DNA of 62,972 nt, filler included, from Rhabdomonas costata (Eukaryota): assembly GCA_019059605.1 (NCBI GenBank). It is 48 parts of 48 records of this genome, joined end to end, with 100 filler letters (N's around TTAATTAATTAA, not from the genome) between each part and the next. Parts side by side here need not be neighbours in the genome. Positions count along the whole stretch, not along the records: positions 9,201 to 10,414 come from JAHMHO010023327.1; positions 10,515 to 11,728 come from JAHMHO010023328.1; positions 11,829 to 13,042 come from JAHMHO010023329.1; positions 13,143 to 14,356 come from JAHMHO010023330.1; positions 14,457 to 15,669 come from JAHMHO010023331.1; positions 15,770 to 16,983 come from JAHMHO010023332.1; positions 17,084 to 18,297 come from JAHMHO010023333.1; positions 18,398 to 19,611 come from JAHMHO010023334.1; 40 more parts are not named here. One strand, 5' to 3'. The notes under the pieces were generated by a model. It searched no databases and had not been told where the DNA came from. It saw nothing but the letters and a program-made list of their open reading frames with translations. Of the stretch, positions 10,396 to 22,332 are shown piece by piece. The first letter of the stretch is position 1, and the number at the start of each line of letters is the position of its first letter. Made by a program: the position numbers and the translations under genes.

Positions 10396-13300
10396 AACCA
10401 CCCACACCCAACACNNNNNNNNNNNNNNNNNNNNNNNNNNNNNNNNNNNNNNNNNNNNTTAATTAATTAANNNNNNNNNNNNNNNNNNNNNNNNNNNNNN
10501 NNNNNNNNNNNNNNTTCTTGGGAAGTTATTTTTAGGACACAGGGGTTAGGTAAAATGTGTCAACTATCTCCAAATACATTTATTTTAGCAAGATGGGGTT
10601 AGGTATACTTTTTTTCTGACCCCTAGGCATACATATTTTGACTTGAGCGGGGATTAAAAATGTGTGCCCGTTTAGCGGTGCAAAACGTTTAACGCCCCCC
10701 ACCTCCGCCCCCACCCCACCAAAAAAATACAAGAGGCCCTTCACTGGTAGCCTTCGCTTGTTCTGCAGCAGTTATTGTTGTTAGCGGCGGCGGCGGTGGC
10801 GTTCAAAGCTAAAGAAAAGTCGAAGAAAGTGGGCTTCTGCTTTGCTGGGAGTTCAGTTCGGAGCGGAAACGAAAGTCCAAATCCCCGCATCTTTTGCTGT
10901 TTATTATCCAATGGGCGGAGGGGTCCTGGTTGTATTTCAGGGAAGGAGTTTGTCTGCGCATCGCTCTTCCAACGAGGAGAACGGCAACTACAAACTTCCC
11001 ACGTTGCCGATCTGTGCCTACTCCACTCGCGAAGAAGAACCCTCCTTCTGCGCACGGTAAAGCCCAATGGAAAAAAGCCTCACAGAGCAATCACCAGCAG
11101 GAGCTTTGTCTGCAGCGGCGGTGCCTCCATATGCCCCCAGCATGTGCACACAAAAAGATCGGGGCCACACCAATTGCACACTTTCAGACATATCCTCGAG
11201 AAGCCCGCGAAGGCAGGCACCAAGGGAGATGCGAGAGGGAGAGGGAGAGAGTGGGGAAGGGGTCGGAGCTGTGGCGCAGCCAGCACACTGTGGCCCAGCA
11301 AGCGGCCTGCAGAGCGACCGTTATTTTTTCACGTCATCAAGTCGTCAAGACGGCACAAAAGGTACTGCCAACGCTTCTGGGGAGGCAGGGCACGGAGTTC
11401 CTTTCAAGAACTACATCCACATCCTACATATTGTTCCCGATTGCAGCACACGTCTTGGCTCTTCTCCCTCCCTATAACCCAAGCGAAACGCAAAAAAATC
11501 TTTAATTTTGGTGCGTGGAGCCGGCTTCCTTCGGAAGCACGCCCCATCTGAGTTGGGGGGGGGGCAAATGGAAAGAAGAGTTTGGTTCCGAATTCACGTT
11601 GAATTTCGAAAGGAAAGTCAAGAGAGCAAGAAAGTGGACGAGGTGAGGGCTGCAGCATGCACGCACAGCACAAGATAAATATCTTGCTCACAGAAGCTGT
11701 TCGGAATAAGCACACTACCCCCAAACCCNNNNNNNNNNNNNNNNNNNNNNNNNNNNNNNNNNNNNNNNNNNNTTAATTAATTAANNNNNNNNNNNNNNNN
11801 NNNNNNNNNNNNNNNNNNNNNNNNNNNNGTTTTTTGACTCGCTGTTGTTGTGCTAATTTCTCTTTCTTTCGTCTTCTCTGCACCAGGCTCGAGGTTTTCA
11901 GAGGGGTGGGAGAGTGGTTAAATTTTCCAGCAGCACCTGGCTCGCGAATACCGTAATTATTGGAGGGTTCAAAACTTCTTCATGCTCTAGGTACGTGCGG
12001 CTTGAATCGCATTTCATGCCTGAATTTGCTACAGTTCCTTTTTCTCGTACACATTTTTTCGTTGAGGGTTTAACGGGGGATCGGTCATTCGTCGTCGTTG
12101 CCGACTCCTTCCTCCTGGAATGCATGTGAAAATGCAGTGCTTCCAAGCTTAACAAACCTTCCTGTGTGGTAGGTGAAGGTCAGTTCTCCTGCGTTCCTCC
12201 TCAATTTTTGTGTGTTCAGCCCCGAAGGTTATGCGCTGGTCACGCTGCAGTCCGCTCTGATAAACTTGGTGCATCACAATGAGGGTGTCCTGGAACCCTG
12301 TGGCAGCCCCGCGGCCGATCTCTCAGGAGTGCCAGCGTCGTCCTCACTATCTGAGAGCTTACCCGGCTCTGGGAACTTGCCCGCTGTCCACCAATGAATG
12401 CTTGCACGTGCGCCCAGTTGAGCCATGGTTGGCTTCAATGCGCGTCATTCCCAGACCCGGGTATATATAGTATCATGGAACAAGATTATCGATTAATTGA
12501 TTCAACCCACTGGACACTTGGACACTTTTCCGCAAAAGCCTGACTTTTTCCTTGTTGGCTCCAGTGTCGCAATGTATTAACACAAAGTTAAACCGGCGTC
12601 TTTGAAGTTTGGTTATTTGGCAGTTCTAAAATTTTGCCTCAACTCACTCCACTCGTGGATTCTCAACTCAACTCAAGGCAGTCGTGTTTACGGGACCATA
12701 TGCACTCGAAACAAATAGGCACACGCACACAAACTGTCGTTCCCGAGATCCATCGATCGACAGGTAAGAGGTTCTTCAGAAGTTAACAAGTTCAGGAAAT
12801 CAATACACAGGTGTGTATGTGCGCTTCTTTTTTCCCATTCGAGTTCAGAGGTATTGTTTTCGTTCTTTTTCCCTTCCTCCTCCCCCGCTAACTTCCGCAG
12901 CATATATAGTGTGATCACACCGGACCTCGAAGCGGAACTTTGCCCACTCTTCAGCTCGTGGTGGCTTTCCCCATCCCAAAGCCGCCCCTCACGTGGCGGC
13001 CTGCTTGAGGGGGCAACCTTTTGGAACTGTTCGGACGAGGATNNNNNNNNNNNNNNNNNNNNNNNNNNNNNNNNNNNNNNNNNNNNTTAATTAATTAANN
13101 NNNNNNNNNNNNNNNNNNNNNNNNNNNNNNNNNNNNNNNNNNAAAGCATGACACCGCTCTGGCTGCAGAGCTTTGCATCAGCCAGAGCGGTGTCATGCTT
13201 TCCACACGCACTTTCTGCACATGACAAGGGTGAATTTTTTGTGGGGGAGGACTCGAGGTCAGCTGGGCTGCCACCTTTCGATGGGGCATGGGCCCATCGG

Positions 13301-13699
13301 GCCTTGTCCCTCTTTCTTGTCACGTCGGGTTGGTACCCCATGTGACCCCGATCCACAGTGTAGCGGGGCCTGGGGAACCCCCCCGACGCGGTTAGAGCTC
13401 TGTTTGTGGGTACCCAACACTTTGCAACACACAGACACACACAGACGCTTTCTCTGCGGTATTTTCAGGCGGGCCCTGGGGCGCAATCCCCGGGGCCAAT
13501 CTACAGCAACGACAAGTGGCCCACCCACACCCCGATCCGACACGGGGTGGCCACCCAGACCACCAATTACACCGCCAAGGCACCCGCACCCCTCCCTGCC
13601 TCCCAACCTCTGCCTTCACACTCCCAATCCTTGGGTCCTTCTGCCACAGATTTGTTCTTTTTTAATTCGCTCGACGACCACGACCACGAATTACGCGCA

Positions 13700-13915
13700 G
13701 AAGGCAAGGAACCACCAGAGGTCAGAACCAGAAGCTCCATATCTGCCCGCGCGCGATGCCCTCGCACATCCTCGCTCTCGGAATGCACAGGCGGAGGCTC
13801 GCGCGAAGGCTGAGCGTGAGGAGAAGGAGAAAGCCCAGCTCAAGAACCAGCTGGCGTACCTCCAGAGCGATGTGCTGCCCTGCGACGAGGACTTCTTTGA
13901 CTACACCCCGTCCAA
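13700..13915 (+). CDS. Probable exon of a coiled-coil protein of unknown function
   Basis: GC3-rich AQAEARAKAEREEKEKAQLKNQLAYLQSDVLPCDEDFFDYTPS; boundaries approximate. Confidence 0.4.
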
Positions 13916-14666
13916 GTCTGTGTCGGGGGAGGGATGGGTGGGTTATGCACGTGTCTGTGTGACTTATCTTATCTTTTTGTCTTGTACTCCATATGATCGT
14001 CTGAATGCTGCATATTAATATGCAGCATATTATCTCACGATCTTGAGAGACGGAGAAGGCTGGCGGGTGGCGCCCGAGCACCGGTTTGGTGCGGGAAAGT
14101 GTTTAACCTGGAAATCTGGGAGAGGGATCAGGAACAGGGGGGAAGGTGCTACTGAACAGAAAGCACACATGCATCCCACTGAATTTTGGGGTGTTCCTAT
14201 CCTCACCATACAATGTAAATAAGAAGTGACAATGGCAAAAAGGAAAAGGGCAAGACGATCACGAGCATCTTTTAACCCCAAATCCGAACTAACAGGGATG
14301 GATACACGCACTGGGACCCCCCAGAGAAGAGGGTACATACACCAACAGGGACACCGNNNNNNNNNNNNNNNNNNNNNNNNNNNNNNNNNNNNNNNNNNNN
14401 TTAATTAATTAANNNNNNNNNNNNNNNNNNNNNNNNNNNNNNNNNNNNNNNNNNNNCCACCAGCGGGACGAAGAGATCAGGAGATAACCCTACGGACTCG
14501 GTGGGTAACCATGGCCGTTCTTACGTATGAGTGGCCTGGGGCCCGTTCTCCACTCCTGGGCTTCCGCTATCATTGTCCGCTGCTTAGATATGCATGTGTT
14601 TTGTACCTTAGGATTCCTTGCTGTGCTCACACGGATACCGTTCGTTCCCGTTCCCCATTCGCGCAG

Positions 14667-15284
14667 CCTGGGTGCCACGAGGGTCCGGAGGTGGCGCGGC
14701 AGCACGTGCAGGGCGTACAGCAGCCCCTGGGGAGCCCCGCGGTGGGCTCCCCAGGTGGGTCGGGGGAACCTCCTTCCAAAGGCCGGGCACCTGCTGCGGG
14801 AGGCGCCCTGGAGGAGGTCGGACCGGTTTCCCTCCTGCACGAGCTGTGCTTGCTGAGCGGATTGAAGGCTCCGAAGGCCGCCTTCTCGGGCGAAGGTTTG
14901 CCAGAATGGCCAGCCGTGGAGGAGTGGGACTCTCATTGCATCAACATTTTCCTCACTGTACAGATCTTCTCTCCATCCCCCAAGGATGGATGTGTGCATG
15001 TGAGTGAAATGAAGCCTCTGCACTGAACCTCCCTCTGTTGTGTTTTGGGGTGGCAGTGAAAATGGGGCTGGGGCGGTGCAGGCACTGGCTCGGAGAAGGT
15101 GTACCGCGCTACGGTGAAGGTTACCTCCGGGGAGACCGTGCTGGAGGCCTCCGCCGTAGGCCCCACTCAGAGGCAGAGCCACGCCCAAGCAGCCTTGCAG
15201 CTTCTGGCCAGGCTAGTCCCTGAGGCCGGGCTAAGCCTGGAAACCCTCCGTCACCACCTCAGAGGCGTGTATGCTCACATCTAA
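14667..15284 (+). CDS. Double-stranded RNA-binding motif (dsRBM) protein, exons 14667-14895 and 15082 onward
   Basis: PVSLLHELCLLSGLKAP...E|GTGSEKVYRATVKV...SAVGPTQRQSHAQAALQLL follows the dsRBM alpha-beta-beta-beta-alpha pattern; phase-compatible GT-AG intron. Confidence 0.65.
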
Positions 15285-15769
15285 TGCATGCACACTTGGG
15301 CGCACCTGACTCTCACGTATAAACGGTTGCACTTCTAGCTCCTGAACACTCGCTCCTGAATACATTAACCGTCCCCAAAATTACCCCTCCACCTCTCTTT
15401 TGTTTAGTGTGAAGGCATCCGCGTTAGCCTCATGATTCGTGCGGTAGGCAGTCTTCGCGGCTCGTGCCTTCTTAGTGTTGCGGTTGGCAGGTATTTTATA
15501 TTTCATGTGACAAACCTCAAAAACACAAGAAAAATGTCACCAAACTGCTAAGTTCATTCCCTCAGCGATCAAAATCTGCGCTTGAAAAAAAGTGAAAGAA
15601 GAAGATGACAGAGGCAGAGGCAGGTTTTTAAACCGACCCAAACACCGGTTGTGGTTGTTTCCTATTTTTNNNNNNNNNNNNNNNNNNNNNNNNNNNNNNN
15701 NNNNNNNNNNNNNTTAATTAATTAANNNNNNNNNNNNNNNNNNNNNNNNNNNNNNNNNNNNNNNNNNNN

Positions 15770-16758
15770 AAGGAGCCCCTGCTAACGTCGTTGGTGGGAT
15801 CCAGGGGGTCGACGATGGAAAGCAGGTAGGGCCGCTCGGGGTCCGTCCAGGCTCGGCTCTTGGCTTCGTACTTGCCGCCTCCAGTAATGGAGATCGTGGT
15901 GGATGTGTAATTGAAGTCCTTGCCGTAGAACGCGAGGAAGTCAATCAGTAAGTCAGAGAGGGGGTACCGGCTGTTGTCCTCCGGGTGCTTAGTGTACGGG
16001 TGGTGCTGCAAAAAGCTGATCACCAACAGCGTGATCGCATATGAGCTGAGCCCCCCCGTGTACACGTTGTTGAGGTCTACCGCGCGCAGATACGCTTTGA
16101 GCACAATGATCAGCGGCCGGGCAACGGTATAAGCGCGCAGAAGGCCCTTGACCAGCTCGGCGCTCTGGACCGCATTTGCGGTCGAAAATCCGATGTCCCC
16201 GTTTATCCCCGAGGAAACGTGCCGGAACTTTAGGATGGGAACCTTCGCGTTCGCCAGGAACTTGCACTGGTAGCCATGGGTCTCCAAAGCATCCACTAGT
16301 GTCGTTACTGCGGTGATGGTGGCTTTGGCCGCGATGCTGAAAAAAGAGGTAATGTGAATAAAATGCGAAAAAAAAATGGACTCCGAAAGACCCACAACTT
16401 CCCATGCAAAACCCGCGTTGCGTGAACGGCGCACCTGATGTCCACGTCACTGCATGGTAAGCACAGCCCACTTTGCCAACTGCCGAATAGCTCAACCTCA
16501 ACATCCTTCCACAAGGACTTGATAATGGCAGTCACTTGGTAGATCACACTGACTCGCTGCACCCTCTCCTGCGCGGTGAGGTCTCTGCAAAACGTGGGGA
16601 ACGAAAAGCTGCATAACCAGGAAATTAAGCATCAATGAAATAGTGAAAACTCTCAAATATGCATACAAGAACGAAACAAAGTCCAAGATTTCTTGGCTGA
16701 ATCCCTCGCGGCCGAAGTACGTTCTCCCGGGGACGTGCCAGGGAGGGAGAAAGGACAT
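15770..16758 (-). CDS. Non-canonical poly(A) polymerase, Trf4/PAPD5 (TRAMP) family, three 5' exons
   Basis: EILDFV, LFGSWQSGLCLPCSDVDI, AKVPILKF, LNNVYTGGLSSY, LLIDFLAFYGKDFNY, LSIVDPLDPTNDVSRGS; two phase-consistent GT-AG introns. Confidence 0.92.
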
Positions 16759-17605
16759 TTTCCAGAGAAAACCTGGGCAAAGCAATAATGTGCAAAAAAA
16801 ATATTGTGTCGAAACGGGGTCGACAACTTCTCCCATGAATTGGGTGTTCACATTTTCTCGCCCTCCCCCTTCAACATCTTTCGTCCATTTTTCAAAGCAA
16901 GAACTTCACGTCACTGCCTCACCACAGTTCAGTGAACGTGCACCAGCACAACAAGACGCAAAGAGGATGCTTCAAACAAACACNNNNNNNNNNNNNNNNN
17001 NNNNNNNNNNNNNNNNNNNNNNNNNNNTTAATTAATTAANNNNNNNNNNNNNNNNNNNNNNNNNNNNNNNNNNNNNNNNNNNNGGGTGGTGGTCTTAGAG
17101 ATTTTGGCGGTGATGAACCCATTTTTTTGTGTGTGGGGGCCTTATCGCCTATGTGCTGTCAAATTACATTAGGTATGAATCGAACAACGGCGTTCAGGTG
17201 TTCAGGTGTCCTTGAGCCAAGGAGCGCGCGCACAGGCACAAACGAAAACATTCACGCCCGGAATGAGCAATTACCCTAAAAACAACGGAAATGGCAGTGG
17301 AAACTTGGGTATAGACGATAGGAAGAGGAATGTACCAGGTTCAGCAGAAAGGAGTGGATGGAAGAAAGGTCCCTGGGAGGCTTAGCTAAGTTTTCATGGC
17401 TATTTCTGAGGGATTTTTTTTTCATGGGTTATAGCAAGAGTTATGCCGCACAAGTTCCGCGAACACAATTTCATTTTAATAGTTTTGCAATTTGGTGGAG
17501 CCAGCCCCCTTTTTCCATAGAGAAGGACCCTTTTTAAATCGAGCTTTCTCAGGTAGTTTTTTGGAGGGCCTCTTGTGGAATCACTGCCTGTGCGCACTCG
17601 CACAG

Positions 17606-17771
17606 CTCTGCTGTGCTATATGGACATGAGCTGTCCGAACCCTGTGGTCCGGCGGTGGCCCACCCTGCAGCTCATGGACCTACAACCCCAGGCCTTACAC
17701 GTGGTGTGCCAGCTCGCGCTGCAGGGGCCGGAGAAGTTCGCAGAGGTGGACGGGGCTGCTACCCTGCTCCG
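17606..17771 (+). CDS. Internal exon, possibly flagellar protein CFAP69-like
   Basis: LLCYM...RRWPTLQLMDLQPQALHVV...KFAEVDGAATLL recalls the CFAP69 W...Q..ELQ..A segment (from memory); cag| and |gtatgt boundaries. Confidence 0.4.
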
Positions 17772-19084
17772 GTATGTGTGCATGCGCGCAGAACTGCGAT
17801 TTCACAAAAGCTGAATGTGGGATATCCATGCTCGCTGTGGAGGACGCTTTTATTCAAAGGAATTGCCCGTATTTAGGTTGAACAGTACTATGGACATTAA
17901 TTAGTAAGACACTTCCGTGTAGACTCCGTGGTGAGTACTCACACTGCAACACGTGCAGTTTTCATGGCGTCCACACGAACGTGTTCCGCACTGAGGCTGG
18001 TCGGAATCCCCACCACGAGGACCGGAAAGGAAGGTAATCGAAGCAAGAAAAGGCAATGTTGGCAACCCCCAGGCATTCCAGCGCTTAGGGAATGACAAGG
18101 CGGCACCAGTAAAGGTGGGGCAGCGGTGCCAGCCAAATCAGTGAAACAAATCGATGAGGGCTATATGTCGCAGGGTTCAAGGATATAGCTCCCAGGCTAT
18201 CCCGAGCACGCCCGCAAGCATCAGGACCTAGGAAACAACAAAAGAACACTACTAGTATGAATTGAGCCTTCATGCCGCCATGCCGACCCCACAAACCNNN
18301 NNNNNNNNNNNNNNNNNNNNNNNNNNNNNNNNNNNNNNNNNTTAATTAATTAANNNNNNNNNNNNNNNNNNNNNNNNNNNNNNNNNNNNNNNNNNNNGTT
18401 TTTTGGTGGTGCACATGAGCGGTGTATTTCCACGACGAATAGATCAGGCGACATTCATATTTGCCAGCGAGAATTTCAGCTTTTTTTTTAGTGGTGCAGG
18501 GGGTGGGCGCGGGCTCGCAGGCGCAAGGGCTCGCGGGCACGGGCATTGGCTGCTTCATGGATGATGCCGTGCACGAGGCTGCGGGGATCCGGGACGGCTC
18601 TTTGCATTCCCTATATCACTTCACCATCGGGGGCCGGACCCCGGACCACCGGCTTTCGTGAGCTTGGCTCGTGTGTTCTCTTAATTAAGAATCCATGTGT
18701 CTGCAGTCGTGACCTTTTTCTAAAGACTTTCGCTGCAATGAGCGCGACGTGGTGGAGATTCATGCTTCGACTGAGGTAGCGAAGGCTTGGAAGAATCTCG
18801 TTCTGTCAGCGCTGACCGGTGGTATGCCTTAGCTTTGGAACTCAAAGAAAAAACGTAGCGACCACTACGACAACATATCATTCTTTTCGCTCAACGTTTA
18901 GGGCCTTCTTTGCCTTTGCGTTTTGCATGGAATTTTTTCATATTACATGTTGAGTTTTCATTTTTCGAAGAGAAAGACCGAATCTTTTCCACTTCTTTCA
19001 GTTCTTGATTTTTTTGAAACAGCTTTCTCCCGTGTGTCTTCATTGTGTGCCTTGTTTTTTCTTTTCGCTTCAAGTGTCCAGGTG

Positions 19085-19601
19085 ATGGCCCGACGCCATC
19101 AGAGCTTTTTCATTGAGACGACCCCGTGCGGAGATGCGGCCCCGTGCATCCCTTCCCCCAGCGTCTGCGCCCATACCCTGCAGTACTCTGCAGAGTCTGG
19201 CGCTGGATCAACGGAAGCCGCGGGCTTCGCTGACGCATTGGCTCAGCGAAGTACTCCACTGTGCCCCGCGGTGTCGTTGAGATGGGTGACGGTGGGGCTA
19301 CTGTGTGTGTTCACGGTGGTGCCTGCGCTGGCACTGTGGCTGCCGTCGTGGCGGACGGGTCAGCAGGCCTTGGCCACTGTGGAGGATTTGGCACAGTCTT
19401 CTTTGGAGGTACATCTCTTTGCATCCGAGGGAATGCTGTCATGCGCATCCCGCGGGGAGACTTGTCTTATCTTATGATGACTTTGCTGCCTCGGGAAGAA
19501 TGGTTCTAGGTCCTAGGTACTTAGCTGTCTCCGCTTTGGCCATTCCACCACCGTCCTTTTCATTCCGATTGCAGAAAGTCGCTGCGCAGATGCGGAGCTT
19601 T
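19085..19601 (+). CDS. N-terminus of a membrane signalling protein (cyclase or sensor kinase type), exons 19085-19408 and 19575 onward
   Basis: Cytosolic leader, SLRW, TM VTVGLLCVFTVVPALALWL, then an amphipathic helix; GT-AG intron; catalytic domain not on contig. Confidence 0.5.
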
Positions 19602-21361
19602 ACACCCCCCCNNNNNNNNNNNNNNNNNNNNNNNNNNNNNNNNNNNNNNNNNNNNTTAATTAATTAANNNNNNNNNNNNNNNNNNNNNNNNNNNNNNNNN
19701 NNNNNNNNNNNGTTTTGTGTGTGTGACGCGCCAAAAAACCAACAGGTGTGCAGAACAAGCAGCACAAGGACACGCCACAGCACACCGCGCCAAGGCGCCA
19801 TGTGTGTGTGTATTGGCGCGCTGGCGGTTGCCTGGTTGACTGGTTGACTGGTTGGTGGTGACCACTCTGGACTGACTGGCGCACGCGCTGTTGGCCACGG
19901 GTGGTCGCGAGAGGTGCCGTTGGAGTGATCGGTGCCGTGGGGAACCGGAACCGGCTCACCACCGAACGTTCACCATCTGGTAACCTCCCTTCTGCCCCAC
20001 GGGTTCCGGGCCTTTGCCACGCAGCTGCTCTCTTCCAGCGGCAACATGCATTCCTTCATTTTGCTCAGGTCTCTGCGACTGTTGCCTAACTAGCCGTTAG
20101 TAGGTGACCGCTGTAAACTAACGCCCACGCGGGCTGTTGCTGTTGGTAACGGGTGCTCTTGGGAGATATTTTCGGAGCGAACGGTGCCGTGGGGAATCCG
20201 CTCACCGCTCAACATTCCTCTGTACTCCGTTCTGGAGCCTTCCTGGGGATTTTTTAGGAGGCCAACAACGGTATCTGCATGCGTAACAGTTCCAACATAT
20301 CACTCTTTCCACTATTTCCTCTATCTTGGGGCTGCCTCAGTGAAATTGCGCCAATATCTTCGATTCCGGTTGTCAGTTACGGAAACGATTTCTACGAGTG
20401 TTCGATGGTCTGCTTCTTTCTCTGCTGATTGGGTCCATCTCTGCTCAGGACCCTTTCAAGTGCTTCTCGCTCGAGTGTTCCTGTGTGTGTTCGAATTAGC
20501 ACCCACGAATTCTCGTTTTGTCGTTCTGGTCTCCTACTTCACACAACGATCATAACAGCACCATAGTCTTTCAGCTTCCGGAACTGCACCAACCGCCATG
20601 GGGCACTCCAAGACTTGAGAAAACTTGGCAACCCCTTTGATCAAATCTCCATCCCTTTCGGTGAGGGACCTCCCACGGGGATCCCTGGGACGGGAATCGA
20701 AGCAGGAGCCGAAGAGGGAGCCCGACCGGATGACCTGTCATGGGCGTCACAACTCGAGCAGACGGGGAGGGGGCATCCTTGGTGTACTCCTGAGCTTACT
20801 GGCAGTTTCCCCGCCGGATCCAAATTTTCGCCTGTTTTAGGTGTTGGGATGCGCCAGGGACTTGGATCAAAAGAACGGTTCACCTTTTGATCCAAGTCCC
20901 TGGCGCATCCCAACCCCCNNNNNNNNNNNNNNNNNNNNNNNNNNNNNNNNNNNNNNNNNNNNTTAATTAATTAANNNNNNNNNNNNNNNNNNNNNNNNNN
21001 NNNNNNNNNNNNNNNNNNGGGGGGGTGTGGGAAGTGCGGGCTTCGTTCCTAGGGCGCGAATCATGAGGCCACCGCTGCCTCTGGCTGCGTTTTTGGGGAT
21101 TGACCGCTTTCTTGGTTAGATTGAGAGGGTTTGGGTGGAGGATAGGTGGTGGTAGCCGTTCTCTGGGGTGAGGGCAAGGGCAGTGAAGCAAAAACATGGG
21201 TTTGGTTTCGGTTCGGGATGCACAGGAAGCGAGCAAGCTAAAAATGTGTGCCTTTTCTGGCGTGTAATTTTCCATGTTCGGGTGTCTTTATCGGAGAATG
21301 CTTCGAAGCAGGGAACAAACACAACATTTATAGCCCTTCTTAACCTCACCCCTCCTCAACA

Positions 21362-22066
21362 ATGTCTTGCTGTGGACACTGCGGCGGCGCTGCGGAACCC
21401 ATCCGCGTGTGCATCACGGGTGCAGCGGGTCTCATCTCCTACTCCCTCATCCCGCAGATTGCGATGGGCTGCGTATGTTTTGCTTGTTTTCTTGGAATTG
21501 CCAATCCTAATTCTAGTTTTTTTTCGCAACACATTCAGCGTTTTTTTCCTGGCAATTCGTTAAACTGCTCTGCTCCAGCAGCGAAATTATTGCTTCGCAA
21601 TTTCCGCATTGCGTGGACGGTAAGGTCACGGAGTTGACGGGAGGAACCAGGAAAGTCAACTTTTGACTTCTTGCTTTCAGTGCTTCGGCCCCGACCAGCC
21701 CGTGATCATTCACATGCTCGACATTGAGTATGCTTTTTGTGGTGCCCTTTCTGTGCGGAGCGCCCTTTCTGTGCGGAGCGTTTCAACCAGGCAGCACGTC
21801 ACACGATTTTGCCTTTTTTTCCTGTAGGCCCTGCATTCAGGGGCTGAAGGGCTTGGAGATGGAGCTGGAGGACATGTGCAACCCTCTGCTCAAGGGTGTC
21901 GTCGTTTCCCACAACTCTTTAAGCAACTGCGTGTGTGAGAAAATCTCCTCTTCCAACTTCCACCACCACCTGCACTCACATAGGCGTTGTGGCCACCACC
22001 AACCCCGAGGTTGCCTTCAAGGATGTGGACTATGCTATCCTTTGCGGCGCGTTCCCCCGCAAGCAG
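21362..22066 (+). CDS. MDH: Cytosolic-type malate dehydrogenase, exons 21362-21472, 21681-21727, 21828-21895, 21984-22066
   Basis: IRVCITGAAGLISYSL, FGPDQPVIIHMLDI, LKGLEMELED, AFKDVDYAILCGAFPRK; all introns GT-AG and phase-consistent. Confidence 0.92.
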
Positions 22067-22332
22067 GTTTCCATTTCAAAAAGTAGCAACACCCAGTGAA
22101 AAACTTGAGATATTCCACTTTTCAGCGTGTTAAAAATTTTACAACCAAATTTTTTGACAAACGCAGACCACGAAAGGGGTTCTCCGTTTGGTGAACCGGC
22201 TGGCCAGCACTGGATAGTGACAAAACACACACNNNNNNNNNNNNNNNNNNNNNNNNNNNNNNNNNNNNNNNNNNNNTTAATTAATTAANNNNNNNNNNNN
22301 NNNNNNNNNNNNNNNNNNNNNNNNNNNNNNNN

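Noticed and set aside
10775..11551. Long overlapping ORFs of 258 and 203 aa
   Set aside because: No codon bias or recognisable motif; probably chance
20117..20125. AACTAACGC as a kinetoplastid spliced-leader gene
   Set aside because: Only 9 nt match and the rest of the leader is absent
21362..22066. Euglenid non-conventional (non-GT-AG, stem-forming) introns
   Set aside because: Every junction I could reconstruct from protein conservation is GT-AG or GC-AG; the sample is small, so they are not excluded elsewhere
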